From assembly GCA_023254845.1 (NCBI GenBank), contig JALRKE010000002.1:1-57373 (forward strand): a stretch of 57,373 bases of DNA, written 5' to 3'. Under the pieces are notes generated by a model that ran no database searches, was not told the DNA's origin, and saw nothing but the letters and a program-made list of their open reading frames with translations. The position numbers and the translations under genes are program-made. This document shows positions 56,001 through 57,373 of the stretch, piece by piece (position 1 is the first letter of the stretch; each line of letters opens with the position of its first letter). Source of the stretch: Candidatus Nanopelagicaceae bacterium. GTDB lineage: Bacteria; Actinomycetota; Actinomycetes; Nanopelagicales; Nanopelagicaceae.

Positions 56001-56453
56001 ATGGAACCAGGTTCAATTCTTCCCAAAGTTAATCCGCTTACTGGAAAGCCCTTCGAAGTTCAGATCGATGATTCCAATTTAGAGAGCCAATTAGATCCAC
56101 TCTCATTTGATGTGCTCCGTAAAGCCGGCACCGAAGTCGCATTCACTGGAAAGTATTACGAGACGGAAACTATCGGAGTTTACGAGTGCAAGGCGTGCGG
56201 GGCCGAGTTATTCAGAAGTGAGGAGAAGTTTCATTCCGGCTGCGGTTGGCCATCTTTCTATGCACCGAAAGAAGGAGATGCCGTGATACTCCTTGAAGAT
56301 CGTTCACTTGCGCCTCGCATTCGCACTGAAGTGCGGTGTGCAAAGTGTGGTTCGCACCTTGGACATGTCTTTGAAGGAGAGGGTTACGCAGTGCCCACCG
56401 ATCAACGTTGGTGTATCAATTCTGTTGCTTTAGTGCTTAAACCTCAAAACTAG
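56001..56453 (+). CDS. msrB: Peptide-methionine (R)-S-oxide reductase
   Basis: Zinc CxxC pairs (CKACGAEL, CAKCGSHLGHVF) and the catalytic motif RWCINS. It starts 1 nt after the msrA stop. Confidence 0.93.
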   Translation: MEPGSILPKVNPLTGKPFEVQIDDSNLESQLDPLSFDVLRKAGTEVAFTGKYYETETIGVYECKACGAELFRSEEKFHSGCGWPSFYAPKEGDAVILLEDRSLAPRIRTEVRCAKCGSHLGHVFEGEGYAVPTDQRWCINSVALVLKPQN

Positions 56454-56475
56454 GCCCAGAAATTAAATCTAGTAT

Positions 56476-57099
56476 TTAGTAGAGCGAGTGGGCTCGCCAG
56501 CAATACCAAGCAAGATGGCTCCGATGTGGAGCGAATTTAGCGCCGCGCTCCTCTAACTCATCTACTTCAATCTCTCGCTTCATCTTGTAGAGCTTCTCCC
56601 AACCCCGTCTTACTCCAAGGTCGCCGGTCGGCCAGACATCGAGCCTCCCTAATTGAAAGATCAGGAACATTTCCACGGTCCATCGACCAATGCCATAGAG
56701 CGGAAGGAGCGAGTCCATAATCTCCTCGTCGCTCTTTTTACTAAGGGAGCGGATAGGAAGTTCCCCATCAGCCACGACTTGAGCCAGCTCCAATATGGCG
56801 CGCGCTTTTGCAGCGGAGCAACCAGCGCTACGCAGTTTTCCCGGAGTGAGTTCGGCGATGCGAATCGGATCCAGCCTTCCTCCAGAAGCTTGCATTACCC
56901 GCTCGGTGATTGTGGCTGCTGCCTTCACAGAGAGCTGTTGCCCCAGAATTGATTCTGCTAGAGCTTGGAAGTTAGAGATCTTTGATGGCCTTACTCCTAT
57001 AGGAGCCGGCCCGAACTTTGAGACCACTTCTCGGAATTTCGGTTCGATCCGAACAATCCGACGGGCAATTGCCTGAGAATTTTCAGTGGTGATTCCCAT
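56476..57099 (-). CDS. HhH-GPD DNA glycosylase (AlkA / 3-methyladenine glycosylase II-like)
   Basis: Motifs GQQLSVKAAATI, LPLYGIGRWTVEMFLIF and WPTGDLGVRRG. Confidence 0.8.
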   Translation of the reverse strand: MGITTENSQAIARRIVRIEPKFREVVSKFGPAPIGVRPSKISNFQALAESILGQQLSVKAAATITERVMQASGGRLDPIRIAELTPGKLRSAGCSAAKARAILELAQVVADGELPIRSLSKKSDEEIMDSLLPLYGIGRWTVEMFLIFQLGRLDVWPTGDLGVRRGWEKLYKMKREIEVDELEERGAKFAPHRSHLAWYCWRAHSLY

Positions 57100-57231
57100 G
57101 GAATGACCCTAACAGGAGCGAGAAGTGAGGGGATAAATGGGACTAGGCAAATTCAACACTTACAGTTATTTTTCGCCCTTGCAGTTTTTTACAGTCCCAA
57201 GTTTTGCTTTTCCAGTTTAGGAGCCGAAAGC

Positions 57232-57373
57232 GTGTCAACTGATTCTAAGTCGATTGGTTCTAAATCGATAGGCATAAAAGAGGTGGCCGCCGAAGCAGGG
57301 GTCTCGATCGCAACTGTCTCGCGCGCCCTTCGAGGTATGCACCATGTAAATCCCGAAACTCGCCGAAAGATTC
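57232..57373 (+). CDS. LacI-family transcriptional regulator; the N-terminal HTH only, as the gene continues beyond the window
   Basis: GTG at 57232 is preceded by AGGAG (57219-57223). The translation ...IKEVAAEAGVSIATVSRALRGMHHVNPETRRKI is a classic LacI HTH. The frame is open to the window end, so the gene is absent from the ORF track. Confidence 0.8.
   Translation, partial: MSTDSKSIGSKSIGIKEVAAEAGVSIATVSRALRGMHHVNPETRRKI

Noticed and set aside
55351-57373. tRNA-Arg as the attachment site of a genomic island
   Set aside because: No integrase, transposase or phage gene follows. The neighbours are housekeeping repair genes (msrA, msrB and a glycosylase), and I did not notice a repeat of the tRNA 3' end.
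1-57373. CRISPR arrays, IS elements, toxin-antitoxin pairs or known defence systems
   Set aside because: I saw no regularly spaced direct repeats and no transposase, integrase, nuclease-helicase or small paired ORF signature. The window reads as a syntenic core chromosome.

Overview
This window is a very gene-dense, moderate-GC actinobacterial core-chromosome segment. About 60 CDS and one tRNA-Arg(CCG) are supported. There is almost no intergenic DNA, and at least 15 neighbouring genes share start/stop overlaps such as ATGA, GTGA or TAATG. Actinobacterial marker genes are WhiB1- and WhiB2-type regulators, MtrA/MtrB, MshB, PdtaS-like kinase, an Rv3235-family protein and DUF3117/DUF3107/DUF3499/DUF5719-like proteins. 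From memory, gene order matches several Mycobacterium tuberculosis blocks that are fused here: Rv3307-15 nucleoside genes, Rv1201c-1232c, Rv3208-13c, Rv1170-78, Rv3264c-3240c and Rv3235-3219. That fits a streamlined actinobacterium, possibly a freshwater acI/Nanopelagicales-like lineage, but this is inference only. Functional blocks in order: (1) nucleoside uptake and catabolism, 1-13.4 kb; (2) envelope genes (UDP-glucose dehydrogenase, LCP, GT2, SpoIID), 15-20 kb; (3) frameshifted dapD, LOG, small HTH, DUF3117, pepA, tatB, mrp and the MgtE-N/CBS + DUF1003 pair, 20-28 kb; (4) assorted housekeeping genes, a ParA-like gene, TetR, mshB, cysS, fdxA and dapC, 28-37 kb; (5) whiB2 plus a giant GT2-membrane fusion, DUF5719, DUF3499 and PMM, 37-44 kb; (6) ahcY-mtrA-mtrB, comF and secA, 44-51 kb; (7) Rv3235-family, SAF, CpaE-like, pdtaS and whiB1, then tRNA-Arg, msrAB, a glycosylase and a partial lacI, 51-57 kb. 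I found no rRNA, CRISPR array, transposase, integrase, phage gene or recognisable defence gene. I do not see a clear-cut new multi-gene system. The best candidates for uncharacterised biology are the WhiB2-linked GT2-fusion/DUF5719/DUF3499 envelope cluster, the orphan SAF + degenerate-P-loop CpaE-like pair co-oriented with PdtaS, an ALDH-like ORF lacking its catalytic domain, a stand-alone sigma-region-4-like mini-protein, a ParA-like protein with both Walker-A lysines replaced, and a single-nucleotide frameshift in dapD.
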